DNA from: a virus
Lineage: Duplodnaviria > Caudoviricetes
DNA length: 45,155 nt
Reading direction: 5' to 3' (one strand)
Virus record (IMG/VR): IMGVR_UViG_3300027798_000073
Coordinates: 1-45,155 of that record
In this document: positions 31,533-40,923 of the stretch, piece after piece
Layout of the letters: every line of letters starts with the position of its first letter
Numbering within the stretch: position 1 is the first letter of the stretch
Notes under the pieces: generated by a model
Databases searched by the model: none
Told to the model about the DNA's origin: nothing
What the model saw: the letters and a program-made list of their open reading frames with translations, nothing else
Position numbers and translations under genes: made by a program

Positions 31533-32044
31533 TTGATTACCTCATCTTGTGTGTATTTAGACCAGTCTGTGAATACAGCACGATTTTTTAGTTCGTGCAA
31601 ACTATGACACCAAACACCAGGATTAGTTGCCTGGAAATCTTTGTCGTCAATCTTGATAGTTGTGTTATAATTGTAGAGTTTAGCATAGGGTAATTTTACA
31701 CTGATCATTGGAATAAAGCGATCGTGGTCAATCAATGTGCCTTCTAGTAGACCTTCTGCCGCACTCACATCAACATCCAAGGTACACCAGGCGCCATGCA
31801 TGAGGCAAACACCAATCATGTTTTCCCAGCGTGTCCATTCGTCACTGTTGTTAACTGCTAGATTGGGGAAACTTTGATTAGCACCAAAGTAGATATGCTC
31901 GCAGTTGTTTTTCTGTGCGGCCGCTGTGATTTCTGTTGAGTCCTGAACACCAACCACAAACAGAGTACGCATGCCATATGCAGGGCTGTGTTCTACTTCG
32001 GTACCAACAAAAAACTTTACACTGTCGTGTCCATCTCTATTCAT
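31529..32044 (-). CDS. hypothetical protein within the deazaguanine cluster
   Basis: FFVGTEVEHSPAYG, HIYFGANQSF, KIDDKDF, NPGVW. Confidence 0.75.
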   Translation of the reverse strand: MNRDGHDSVKFFVGTEVEHSPAYGMRTLFVVGVQDSTEITAAAQKNNCEHIYFGANQSFPNLAVNNSDEWTRWENMIGVCLMHGAWCTLDVDVSAAEGLLEGTLIDHDRFIPMISVKLPYAKLYNYNTTIKIDDKDFQATNPGVWCHSLHELKNRAVFTDWSKYTQDEVIK

Positions 32045-32232
32045 TTGTTCTTTTCTTCCTGCTCTAGTTTGTTAAGGCGGGCAATCTCGTCTTTGTATTG
32101 TAGCTTCTTTTTCTTGAGTTCTGCAACCTTTGATTCGTCCGCATGTGGATGTTTTTCCATTTCATGCAGTTGTAGCTCTAGAACTCTGTGTGCTTCTTGT
32201 AGGTGTTTGATTCTAACTTCGTAAGATTCTAT
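32041..32232 (-). CDS. DUF465/YdcH-like small coiled-coil protein
   Basis: HLQEAHRVLE...ELKKKKLQYKDEI; no ATG after the GAGGAG RBS, possible ATA start at 32232. Confidence 0.6.
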   Translation of the reverse strand: MESYEVRIKHLQEAHRVLELQLHEMEKHPHADESKVAELKKKKLQYKDEIARLNKLEQEEKNK

Positions 32233-32233
32233 T

Positions 32234-33832
32234 TCAATCTCCTCTGTTTGCTCTTTCAAGAAGGTTCTCCAATGCATTTTCGTCCAAAGTTTCTTCCACT
32301 TCCTCATTTGTAGTCTCCTCTACCACTTCAAATAATACATCAAACATGGGTCTTGCGCTAAATGTTTTTTCGCCTTTGAATCCACGAGTTCCAATGATCT
32401 GATTCCAGTATCCTGTTTTGCTTGAATACATGGGAGTTTCAATGATATCCAATGCAGCCTGTTTGGTTGGCGCAGAAAATATACGTTCCACAATGTCTGT
32501 AAAGTACTCACCATCACCAGTGTCTAGCTCATGTCTCATCATGTAAGGATAACGCCCAGCATCAAATTCACGATTGGCACGTTGTACACTTTCAATATGA
32601 GTCCATACATTATGACCCATCAGTAGCATGTAGCTAAAACTATCCCAGGACGTTTTGCCTTCTTTGCCATTCTTGTTTAGATCACCTGGATTGTACACAC
32701 AGATATCTTTCATTTGACACAGCGCACTAATCGGCGACTCATCAAAGTAGTGGATCAGTTTGTCCTGTAGGATAGCATCACGATAGCCACGAGTATCGGT
32801 AGCATACTTCTTGTCATCCACAATAGGACTCATCCTATAGGACCACTTGCCTTGGTGTGTGAGATCAATCTCGTGATACACCTGACCATTGGCTGTGGCG
32901 AGGAATGGGCTGGCACAATCAAAGGATATAGTAAAATTCGGATTAACGTGTTTCCTAACAGCCCTTTGAATCACGGTGAGTAGCACAGCCCATTCCAACT
33001 TTGAAGTACCCAAGAAGTGCATCCAATCATGAACACCTTCTTGCAGTAGATTATCGTAGCGCAGTGTAACCAGTCGCTTGAGAATCAACTGTATGTCACA
33101 CATGTTTTGTCCACCCATGGCCCAGCCATCAAAGTGTGTGTCGGGATATTTCACCGGATCACAATACTCTTTCATGATATCGTACCAGGCATCGGCGTTG
33201 GGATGATTATCACCTTGTAGCACGTTTAGAATACGTGTGCCGCCATTCTTGTAACCTTTACGGTTCTTCATGAAGTATTCGTTGTTGTACTTGGTAGCAT
33301 CAACTGCTTGTGATAGTGTTTTAATGCCACAAGCATCACTGGCTTTCTTGTCATGGATGACCCAGGTCGGAATATCCAAGGTCATGGCATAGTCACTAAT
33401 ACCGTCTAACCATTTGAGAATAGCTGATCTTTTCTTTTCTGCCTTGGCACAGCCCGAGTTGGCTTTCCAGTCGCCTTCCCACAAACCCTTGGCAATCTGG
33501 AATCCACCCGAGTCACCCAGCATGAACGTGCCTGGCTCGCGAGCTCGTACCATGTCCTCAGACCAGTCTTGTTTGTTTAGGTCTAGGTTAGCATGTCCAC
33601 CGGAATACAAACTCCACTTGTATGGAAACAATGCTTTAGAACTGTTGAGCCAGTTCATCTGTTCCATGTCTGGCATGCCTGTGGGCATACGTGTGGGTTC
33701 TACATAAGGACCGTTTACTAGATCTCTTTGCTTGCCCACAAAGGTAGCATAGAAACCAGAGATAGCCGGAAGGAACACAGCATAGTCATTCTGCTTGGCA
33801 GTGAAATTATCTTGATTAGGCTGGTTGCTCAT
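32234..33832 (-). CDS. dpdA: TGT-fold guanine transglycosylase, DpdA-like
   Basis: GDSGGFQ, TLDIP, VLQG, GWAMGG, HFLG, SFDCAS; clustered with folE/queD/queE. Confidence 0.8.
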   Translation of the reverse strand: MSNQPNQDNFTAKQNDYAVFLPAISGFYATFVGKQRDLVNGPYVEPTRMPTGMPDMEQMNWLNSSKALFPYKWSLYSGGHANLDLNKQDWSEDMVRAREPGTFMLGDSGGFQIAKGLWEGDWKANSGCAKAEKKRSAILKWLDGISDYAMTLDIPTWVIHDKKASDACGIKTLSQAVDATKYNNEYFMKNRKGYKNGGTRILNVLQGDNHPNADAWYDIMKEYCDPVKYPDTHFDGWAMGGQNMCDIQLILKRLVTLRYDNLLQEGVHDWMHFLGTSKLEWAVLLTVIQRAVRKHVNPNFTISFDCASPFLATANGQVYHEIDLTHQGKWSYRMSPIVDDKKYATDTRGYRDAILQDKLIHYFDESPISALCQMKDICVYNPGDLNKNGKEGKTSWDSFSYMLLMGHNVWTHIESVQRANREFDAGRYPYMMRHELDTGDGEYFTDIVERIFSAPTKQAALDIIETPMYSSKTGYWNQIIGTRGFKGEKTFSARPMFDVLFEVVEETTNEEVEETLDENALENLLERANRGD

Positions 33833-34169
33833 TCTTTTTTTCTTCTAGTGTTAGTATGTCCATGATCTTAAACTGCTCGTAGGCTTGTTTAAGACCAGGA
33901 TGGCGTTCCATGCGTTGCAGAAGATCACGTTCTTCTTCCATCTTGTACCTAACCCATTTAATGGCTTCTTCGGCAGTGGGCTCTAGTCCTACTGTGGCAT
34001 AGCTGGTACTCAAGTTGAGCCAGCTTGATCCGTCAAACACCTGCAGGTCTGTTCCATTGATGCGCATCATACCTTGCATGGGATTGTTTACGTTTGGGCT
34101 AACATACGGAACACTGGTATTACCACCAGTTACTGTTATGCCGCCAACGCCTTGCAAGCCTTTGATCAT
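33816..34169 (-). CDS. hypothetical protein
   Basis: ATGA overlap, operon packing. Confidence 0.7.
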   Translation of the reverse strand: MIKGLQGVGGITVTGGNTSVPYVSPNVNNPMQGMMRINGTDLQVFDGSSWLNLSTSYATVGLEPTAEEAIKWVRYKMEEERDLLQRMERHPGLKQAYEQFKIMDILTLEEKKNEQPA

Positions 34170-34897
34170 TTCTGGTGTGCTGGTAGCAGATATGTGTATG
34201 CGCAGATACCACTGTCCACAGTGATCTGTAGCACACCTTCATCGCTGATCTTGAGATGCTTGTCACCAGCCAGTCCAAGGATACTGATCACAGCGCCAAC
34301 TGGCCAACACCAGTTTTTAGTGAATGTACCACTTACCCCGTCAGCAAACACAAAGTTACCTGCATGGCTTGAGTGATCACCAAAGTAGAACTTCAACTGG
34401 TTGTTTTCAATCTTGGGTGCAAAGGTTGTTTCTTCACTGTTTGCTGCCGCTTGGTATTTCATCTTTTGGAAACTTGCCACAGTTGGAGTAATTTCCACAG
34501 TCCACTTGACCTGCTTCATCTTTACTGTTTTTAGTTTGTCGTTAACAACTGCCGCTTCCATAAAGCGATAATCATTCTTGAAGTCACCGTTCTTGTTTTC
34601 AAAGTGGATACCAACGGCAACAGTGTCTGGTCCTTTGACCTGTGTGTTGATACTGAGTTTGGCATCTTCTCGGTATTCAGGAATACCAAGGATAGTGTTT
34701 AGCTTGCCCAGGTTAGGCATACCGAATGTGCCCACAAACTCTGGTACAGGATTGTTAAATTGTGCTTGTACGATAACACTACGATCCTCACTCAGTGAGT
34801 CAAGGGTGGTTGTGTTAGCATCCCCAGTTACTTTAACTAGGTCAATAAAACCTAGGCTGTGTGTATGTTGTACGATGTCTTGTAAATAATCTTTCAT
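34166..34897 (-). CDS. probable DNA polymerase sliding clamp (gp45-like)
   Basis: 243 aa, adjacent to polB; FGMPNLGKL, C-terminal YTYLLPA. Confidence 0.65.
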   Translation of the reverse strand: MKDYLQDIVQHTHSLGFIDLVKVTGDANTTTLDSLSEDRSVIVQAQFNNPVPEFVGTFGMPNLGKLNTILGIPEYREDAKLSINTQVKGPDTVAVGIHFENKNGDFKNDYRFMEAAVVNDKLKTVKMKQVKWTVEITPTVASFQKMKYQAAANSEETTFAPKIENNQLKFYFGDHSSHAGNFVFADGVSGTFTKNWCWPVGAVISILGLAGDKHLKISDEGVLQITVDSGICAYTYLLPAHQK

Positions 34898-34918
34898 TGA
34901 GATTCTCCTATAGGGTTG

Positions 34919-34947
34919 ATTTTAGATGATGTATTTAGATTTGTCAA
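34919..34947 (-). promoter_or_regulatory. sigma70-type promoter with nested TAAATA
   Basis: TTGACA-17 nt-TAAAAT. Confidence 0.7.
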
Positions 34948-34961
34948 CGGCATTGAGTAAA

Positions 34962-37622
34962 TTATTCAAATGTAAACAGGCTATCAAATGTGGTTGCAAT
35001 ATCTGTGTTCTCTGGAATCTTCCAGTCCAACACACCCAGCAAGTTTTCTACCTTTTGATCCACAATGGTTGTTTCCATCAGCGCATCATCAAACGGCAGT
35101 TCTTTGAACCAGGCAGGAATGTGTGACTCATCGGTTGGATAGCCCACAGACGTATAGCCCAATGCATTGTCTTTGAGCTTGCACACAATGGTTTTCATGC
35201 CATCAACAATGCTTTGGCTGTAGTTGTCGCCATGCATGCGTTTGAGGTTGTTCCAGTTCATGGCTGCTCGCACATGCCCTGGCATGTTGGCACGACCCAG
35301 CCTTGCTTCTTCGGCTGAATACTTGGTCAAGTTGTTCACACGTTTGGGTGTGCCTTTTTCCCACGCAGGCCGGCTTTGGAAAGCAATCTTGAAGTCACGC
35401 ACCTTGTCATAGATGCCTTCCTTCTGTCCGCCTGTTAGCACATCCAACAGCAGTTCACTCAAGAAGTCTTGCACAACCTTGGGAGTGTCTGAACGCTTCA
35501 GATCCAAGCCCATGGCCTTGACCTTGCCTGGCTTGCCATGTGTGTCCAGCCTATTGCCTTCAAGGTCATAGATCAATAGTGCATAGCGTTTCTTCTTGAT
35601 AAACAAACTTTTCTCAGCCACCAGTTCTCTACCACCTTTGATCAGCTCACCCATGCTACGTGGACAGTGACAGGCCCGTTCCATAAAAGCAGGGAAGGAG
35701 GCGTTCACTTGATCTGCAATATTGTCGTAGAGTTGAACACAGATGCTTTTGTTCCACTCCATCCTGCCAGCTTCAACATCTTCCTTGATCGCCGGCCACG
35801 CACTGAAGTACGCAGAGTCAGTGTCTCCATAGATGATACTCTTGCCCACATGATCGTATTCCCCAAAGATGCACTCATTGATATAAGCATCCATGTGCCT
35901 AGCAATAATTCGTCCAGTGAGTGTGGTACTCTGACCAATTCTTTTATCGAAGAAACGACAACCTGGGTTGAGGATGGCTCCGTAGAGACTGTTAAGGTTA
36001 ATTTTCTTGACCAGCTGTCGTTTATCCCAGAATGCTTTGTCTTCATCTGTAGTTGCATCCTTCTTCTTGGTCTGCATCTCTTGACGTTCACGATACCAGC
36101 GTTCTAGTAAACCTGGGATAATGCCTTTCTTTTCATGGGTCATGATAGTGCCGTTGGCAGTAAGGATCCAGGGTCTGTTGCTGTCAAATATCAGCCGCCA
36201 GATTTCTGCCGCACTATGCACTGTGGGCGCTTGGCCTTCCCAGTCAATGGTAATTTCTGTGCCTGCCTGTGTTTCCATCACAGCAGTGTATTCAAGGGTG
36301 CCAAACATGTTTTCCCAGGCATCAGCAAAGCTAGAACCCGAGTCCATCTTGTCCTTGATATACTTGTCGGTCATTATCGGCCGGAGTTGGCCAACAATCG
36401 TTTCTGGGCCCATGTTGCAGGCTCTAATAGCCGAGGGATAGAGCGAGTTAATGTCAATTGCGCCAACCCAGTCGTGCATTCCTTTTTTGGGGAAAGCAAC
36501 ATAGGCACCTGCGGCTTGCGTGTCACCTTGATCATCTCTATTTCTCCTGTTAGGTACAATCAACCCAAGTTGATGTGCTTCGTTAATAATAGCTTGCTCG
36601 GTAACTGCCACAGCACCCATGGTGGTCTGTAGCAACACGGTATTTTCATGTGCCAGCACGTTGGCTAGATCCAAGAACTTTAGTTTCTTGTCCAGCTTGT
36701 TCAACAGCATGGTATCTTGTCTGTTGTACACAATAAACTCTTTGAAGTCTTTGTTGTACAGCTGATCCAGTGTGCCTTCATACTGTGTCTTGCGCTCGTC
36801 TAGTTCATACTCTGAAATAGCATCCAGACTATAACTGTGACGTTCTTCGTATGTGTACTTGCGATACAACTGCATGTAGTCAAGATGCACACGACCCACA
36901 AGATCAAACGTGAGTGTTTCGGCACCAAAGCGTTCAAACATACGTTGCTTAGGCACCTGCCCCCATAGGCACATTCTGCGTGTGTCATCCTTACTGAGCA
37001 CACGAGTGATACGCATTGTGGTATAGGGAATATCAAAGCCTTCACTGTTCCAACCACTCAGGATGTCTGCATCGTCAATGAGATCCAAGAAACTGTTCAG
37101 TAGATCTTCTTCACGTTCAAACAAGAAACAGTTTTCAAACTGATCGCAGATCTCTTGTGCAGTTTCCCAGCTCATGCTCTTGGGTGGAATCACCAGAGTA
37201 ATAAGTTTTTCCATCCAGTCCAAGTACAACGAAATAGCAGTGATAGCATTGAATGGGTCTTCTGGTTTTGAGAAGCCTCGCAGTGGATCAAAGTCCACCT
37301 CAATGTCAAAGAACGCTGTTTGCAGTTTGGGACTTGTGGAATTTAAGTAGTTGGTCTCAAGGCATCTGTGTATGGGATTGATATCGCTTTCCCAGATGCG
37401 TTTGTTGCTGTTGACACGCAGTTCCTTTTGATACTCTTTGTTGTTGCGTGAGTGGAATCTGCTTACAGGTGTTCCATAGATTGTGCGGAACTTGCCTCTA
37501 GGGTCGTCATAGTAAAATATGTATTCGGCTGGGTATTCTCTATACTCCCTCTTGCCGTTCACACGTTCTACCACATGTATACGATCTTTTGCTCGATCGT
37601 AGAGAGCGTCTACATAACTCAT
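34962..37622 (-). CDS. family B DNA polymerase (gp43-like)
   Basis: Exo FDIEVD, GWNSEGFDIPY, YNRQD; pol DINSLYPS, KINLNSLYG, YGDTDS, KKRY. Confidence 0.97.
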   Translation of the reverse strand: MSYVDALYDRAKDRIHVVERVNGKREYREYPAEYIFYYDDPRGKFRTIYGTPVSRFHSRNNKEYQKELRVNSNKRIWESDINPIHRCLETNYLNSTSPKLQTAFFDIEVDFDPLRGFSKPEDPFNAITAISLYLDWMEKLITLVIPPKSMSWETAQEICDQFENCFLFEREEDLLNSFLDLIDDADILSGWNSEGFDIPYTTMRITRVLSKDDTRRMCLWGQVPKQRMFERFGAETLTFDLVGRVHLDYMQLYRKYTYEERHSYSLDAISEYELDERKTQYEGTLDQLYNKDFKEFIVYNRQDTMLLNKLDKKLKFLDLANVLAHENTVLLQTTMGAVAVTEQAIINEAHQLGLIVPNRRNRDDQGDTQAAGAYVAFPKKGMHDWVGAIDINSLYPSAIRACNMGPETIVGQLRPIMTDKYIKDKMDSGSSFADAWENMFGTLEYTAVMETQAGTEITIDWEGQAPTVHSAAEIWRLIFDSNRPWILTANGTIMTHEKKGIIPGLLERWYRERQEMQTKKKDATTDEDKAFWDKRQLVKKINLNSLYGAILNPGCRFFDKRIGQSTTLTGRIIARHMDAYINECIFGEYDHVGKSIIYGDTDSAYFSAWPAIKEDVEAGRMEWNKSICVQLYDNIADQVNASFPAFMERACHCPRSMGELIKGGRELVAEKSLFIKKKRYALLIYDLEGNRLDTHGKPGKVKAMGLDLKRSDTPKVVQDFLSELLLDVLTGGQKEGIYDKVRDFKIAFQSRPAWEKGTPKRVNNLTKYSAEEARLGRANMPGHVRAAMNWNNLKRMHGDNYSQSIVDGMKTIVCKLKDNALGYTSVGYPTDESHIPAWFKELPFDDALMETTIVDQKVENLLGVLDWKIPENTDIATTFDSLFTFE

Positions 37623-37634
37623 ATTTTTCTCCTT

Positions 37635-37689
37635 TGTGCGACTTTGAGCTCACACACACTCTACCTGCCGTTTCATGTCCGGCGCGACA
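37635..37689 (-). promoter_or_regulatory. tandem H-type pseudoknots in the polymerase 5' UTR
   Basis: TGTC-GC-GCCG-GACA-TGAAA-CGGC and GAGT-G-TGTGTGA-GCTC-AAAG-TCGCACA, directly before AAGGAG. Confidence 0.55.
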
Positions 37690-37696
37690 AAATTAT

Positions 37697-37987
37697 TTAT
37701 TGCATTAACATTCTTGCCAAACCTACTGAGTCGATTGTGGTAAGAAGGATGTAATTAGCCAGCATACCAAAGGAACCGCGACTATAAGCACACCCAGCGT
37801 ATATAGCACAACCTGCAATCCAGACTGGGTACATGTAAAGAAGGGGTGGATTAGGCACGGTCGCGGCCATAGTGATAGAACAGCCAATAGATATAGCCCA
37901 AGCAAGGACCTCAAAACAAAAACGAACTCGATCGCTTTTGTAATCTTCTCGGATCCAGTTAGCGGTTCCACTTAATATATCATTCAT
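37697..37987 (-). CDS. small membrane protein (3 TM)
   Basis: Hydrophobic profile. Confidence 0.7.
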   Translation of the reverse strand: MNDILSGTANWIREDYKSDRVRFCFEVLAWAISIGCSITMAATVPNPPLLYMYPVWIAGCAIYAGCAYSRGSFGMLANYILLTTIDSVGLARMLMQ

Positions 37988-38343
37988 TAATCTGCATGCC
38001 TTGTGATAAAATTAGTTCTAATGTTTTGAGCGCCAAAATATTCTTTTACAGTCTGGATGACTGTTTCAATATCAAATTTTTTACAACTAAACACATCAAA
38101 GTATGCGGTATAGTTTGGCTCAATAAAGTGCCCTGTAATGTTACTGGTTGTTATCAACTGCATTAGGCTGTAGCCTTGTTTAGGATCATTGGGTAATAGA
38201 AATTCAATTATAGGATCTCCATGAGGTGTCATGTCTATCCGTTGCACAAGATCTTTAACAAAAGCCGCAATGTTCTCACGGCTTTTGATACCTTCGTTAC
38301 ATCCACTGCAATCAAGCATCAAGTGATAACCAAAATATTTCAA
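37987..38343 (-). CDS. speD: S-adenosylmethionine decarboxylase proenzyme-like protein
   Basis: GYHLMLD, QLITTSNITGH (cleavage-site region), DVFSCKKF; TTG start. Confidence 0.8.
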   Translation of the reverse strand: MKYFGYHLMLDCSGCNEGIKSRENIAAFVKDLVQRIDMTPHGDPIIEFLLPNDPKQGYSLMQLITTSNITGHFIEPNYTAYFDVFSCKKFDIETVIQTVKEYFGAQNIRTNFITRHAD

Positions 38344-38600
38344 AGAGTCTTGCCTACGGTTTCAAGTATAGTGTTAAGCTCTTCGTGGTCTTGGTTGTGT
38401 TTGCCCAGTTCGGCCTTGTGTGCAATACGCACTGCCTTTTTTAGCACAGCAGGTTTGATTTCCATTTCCTCTGCAATGGCTTTAATTGTGTCGTTAAGGC
38501 CTTCGTTGAGAGTTTCAACTTCTTGCATGACCTGCATGCCTTCATTGATAAGTTGAGTAAGTTTTGCTTTTTCGGCTGAGCCGAACATACGTGCTGACAT
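38340..38600 (-). CDS. small dsDNA-binding protein (T4 DsbA/GapR-like)
   Basis: Helical; LNDTIKAIAEEMEIKPAVLKKAVRIAHK. Confidence 0.6.
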   Translation of the reverse strand: MSARMFGSAEKAKLTQLINEGMQVMQEVETLNEGLNDTIKAIAEEMEIKPAVLKKAVRIAHKAELGKHNQDHEELNTILETVGKTL

Positions 38601-38636
38601 TGAATATCCTCCAGTTGATTAATTATACAGTTTGTT

Positions 38637-39350
38637 TTAAGAATTAGCAACTCGCAGTTTCGCCAATCTTGCCTTTTCAAGAATCTTGATATAGACCCAG
38701 CCTATGTCAAGTTCAAACCAGCGTCTGCTCAGCCGCGGATTAGCAGCGTCAAGATGGTGATTGCTGTGAAGCTCTTCACCGCCAACGACAATGCCAAAAG
38801 GAACCAAATTTCTACTTCTGTCTCTAGTCTGTCCATTACGATACCCCCACCAGTGTGCAAGACCATTTATAACTCCCGCGGCCCAGAACGGGATCCAGAG
38901 CATCTGTATGCCCCATAGTACTAATCCTAAGATGCCAAACAACCAGAGATTGATCAGCAACATGATCATGATGCCTAGTCTGCTGTGTTTTGCGTACACA
39001 TTGTTTTCCATCCAGTCATCTGGTGTGCCCATTCCATACTGCGCCAGCATTGCAGTATCTTTGCTGGCAGCATGATATAATAAAGCACCACCAAACAACA
39101 CACGCCAGATACCAAACACATGAGGCGTGTGTGGATCGCCAGGTTGGTCACTGTGAACATGGTGCTTGCGATGTATGGCCACCCATTGCTTGGTAATCAT
39201 GCCAGTTGTGATCCATAACCAAAAGCGCATGAAATGAGATACCGCAGGATGGAATGTTACTCCGCGATGTGCTTGACTACGATGTAGGAACAAGGTAACA
39301 CATACAATAGTGATATGGGTTACCACTAGAGTATATAAGAGTGGATTCAT
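38637..39350 (-). CDS. fatty acid desaturase (Delta9, DesA-like)
   Basis: His boxes HRSQAH, HRKHH, HSNHH; ELDIGW. Confidence 0.92.
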   Translation of the reverse strand: MNPLLYTLVVTHITIVCVTLFLHRSQAHRGVTFHPAVSHFMRFWLWITTGMITKQWVAIHRKHHVHSDQPGDPHTPHVFGIWRVLFGGALLYHAASKDTAMLAQYGMGTPDDWMENNVYAKHSRLGIMIMLLINLWLFGILGLVLWGIQMLWIPFWAAGVINGLAHWWGYRNGQTRDRSRNLVPFGIVVGGEELHSNHHLDAANPRLSRRWFELDIGWVYIKILEKARLAKLRVANS

Positions 39351-39381
39351 TGTAATATTTATTGGGATAAATGGTTAACCG

Positions 39382-40923
39382 TTATTTCTGCTTTGCCATT
39401 ACTTTTTTAAGAAGGTTAACTTTGTACTTTGTTTTTTCAGTTTCTAGAGCAGGAAGTATTTTGTATTTTTGATCTATCTCATGATTTGTGTTAGTCAACA
39501 AATCTCCCGCAGGCACTCCAAATCGTTGGTAATAAAAATATGCCCACATTGCAGTTTTACGTGCAGGCCAATGTTTGGCGTTTAATTCTTTGGCTTTTTT
39601 AAAACAAGTTTCAAAATCTAATCCTGTTCGAGAGTTGCGCCACGGATGCAGAGTAACTAGAGTGTCCGACAATCTAGATGTTTCGTTAGTTAAAATTTCG
39701 TAATCATGGCTGGCATATTCATGATCTAAAAAACTGACATAATAAACATTAAAGAATTCCTTTGGAACAATGTACAATGGTTCAATCTTCCAGTCGTCCA
39801 GCGGGTTTTGATCACTTGTTGCCCATTTATCAAACTTTTCAAAGTCTTCTTCGGTGTCATGTGGTAATCCAAAAATAAATGCAGAGTGTGTGGTAATATC
39901 TTTCCATGATGATTGTTTTAACCCACGAAGGAAATCAAGTTGATCATATGGATCCATGCCTTTGCCGATGCTCTTTGCACTTTTTGTATTCAGTGTTTCT
40001 ATACCAAACGTAGCAGACTTCAGTCCTGATTCTTTTAAAATTTCTGCAGTCTCAGGAAATCTAGACATTAGGTCAAGTCGTAGATAGCTTGTAAACTCTA
40101 GCTTGAATGGCAACTTGCTATAAACTTCATCGTATAAAAATTTTATTTTATCTGCACTGTCATTGTATGTGTCATCACTGAAATAGTATCTTGTGACTCC
40201 ATGTTTTTGATAATTTTGACTCAGTTCATCTTTTAATACCGCGGCTTGCTTGACCCATTCGCCTTTGGTTTTACCGTTCAACGGAAATCCACAAAATTTA
40301 CATTTAAATATACATCCTCTAGCAGTTTCAATGGTTAAAGTTTCGTTGTCAAGTACTATGTCATCTTCGTGATAGATAATTTGCGAAGTTGTAAATTGAT
40401 CGTATTCTTTATTGGCTATGTAATTACTATAAAAACTTAACGGAATAGGAGTCTTCTCACTATTCACCCATTTGGTATAGGTTATAATCTCTTGGTCAAC
40501 ATACCCTTCAAACTGCACAAATCCAAATGCAGAAAGGTCCCACGATCGAGACCCACCAATCAAGAATTTAATGTTAGGTTTTAAGTACCTAACGAAATCT
40601 ACAAAAGATCTTATTCCTTGTGTTAGTGTGTCATGAGAGTAGTTTGCCTTCACCAATTGTTTTTCTGCATAGTATGGCAAGCCAAATATGTGCCACAAGA
40701 ACGACCCACTGATGCCAATCCAAAGGGTGTTCCTGCCAATTGCTTTTGAAAGTATTAGTTTTAACGTTGAATCTAGTCTAGTGGTTGAATTTGAAAATGC
40801 TGTAAGGTCAATGCAAAGAACGCTGTAGTTATTTTTTCTAAGTTCAGTGGCTATTCTGAAAGGCCCGCCAGTTTTAGATAAGTGCATTTCGTCATTGCCA
40901 TATAGCAATATGCATTGATACAT
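39382..40923 (-). CDS. radical SAM protein (B12-binding class-like)
   Basis: ETARGCIFKCKFC, FSDDTYN, FGIET, FIFGLP. Confidence 0.85.
   Translation of the reverse strand: MYQCILLYGNDEMHLSKTGGPFRIATELRKNNYSVLCIDLTAFSNSTTRLDSTLKLILSKAIGRNTLWIGISGSFLWHIFGLPYYAEKQLVKANYSHDTLTQGIRSFVDFVRYLKPNIKFLIGGSRSWDLSAFGFVQFEGYVDQEIITYTKWVNSEKTPIPLSFYSNYIANKEYDQFTTSQIIYHEDDIVLDNETLTIETARGCIFKCKFCGFPLNGKTKGEWVKQAAVLKDELSQNYQKHGVTRYYFSDDTYNDSADKIKFLYDEVYSKLPFKLEFTSYLRLDLMSRFPETAEILKESGLKSATFGIETLNTKSAKSIGKGMDPYDQLDFLRGLKQSSWKDITTHSAFIFGLPHDTEEDFEKFDKWATSDQNPLDDWKIEPLYIVPKEFFNVYYVSFLDHEYASHDYEILTNETSRLSDTLVTLHPWRNSRTGLDFETCFKKAKELNAKHWPARKTAMWAYFYYQRFGVPAGDLLTNTNHEIDQKYKILPALETEKTKYKVNLLKKVMAKQK

Noticed and set aside
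32234-33832. Canonical bacterial tRNA-guanine transglycosylase (tgt)
   Set aside because: Much longer and divergent, lacks the C-terminal CxCxxC zinc motif; context favours a DNA-acting DpdA-like enzyme, though tRNA activity is not excluded
34962-37622. Intein or intron in the DNA polymerase
   Set aside because: 886 aa with contiguous motifs and no insertion evident
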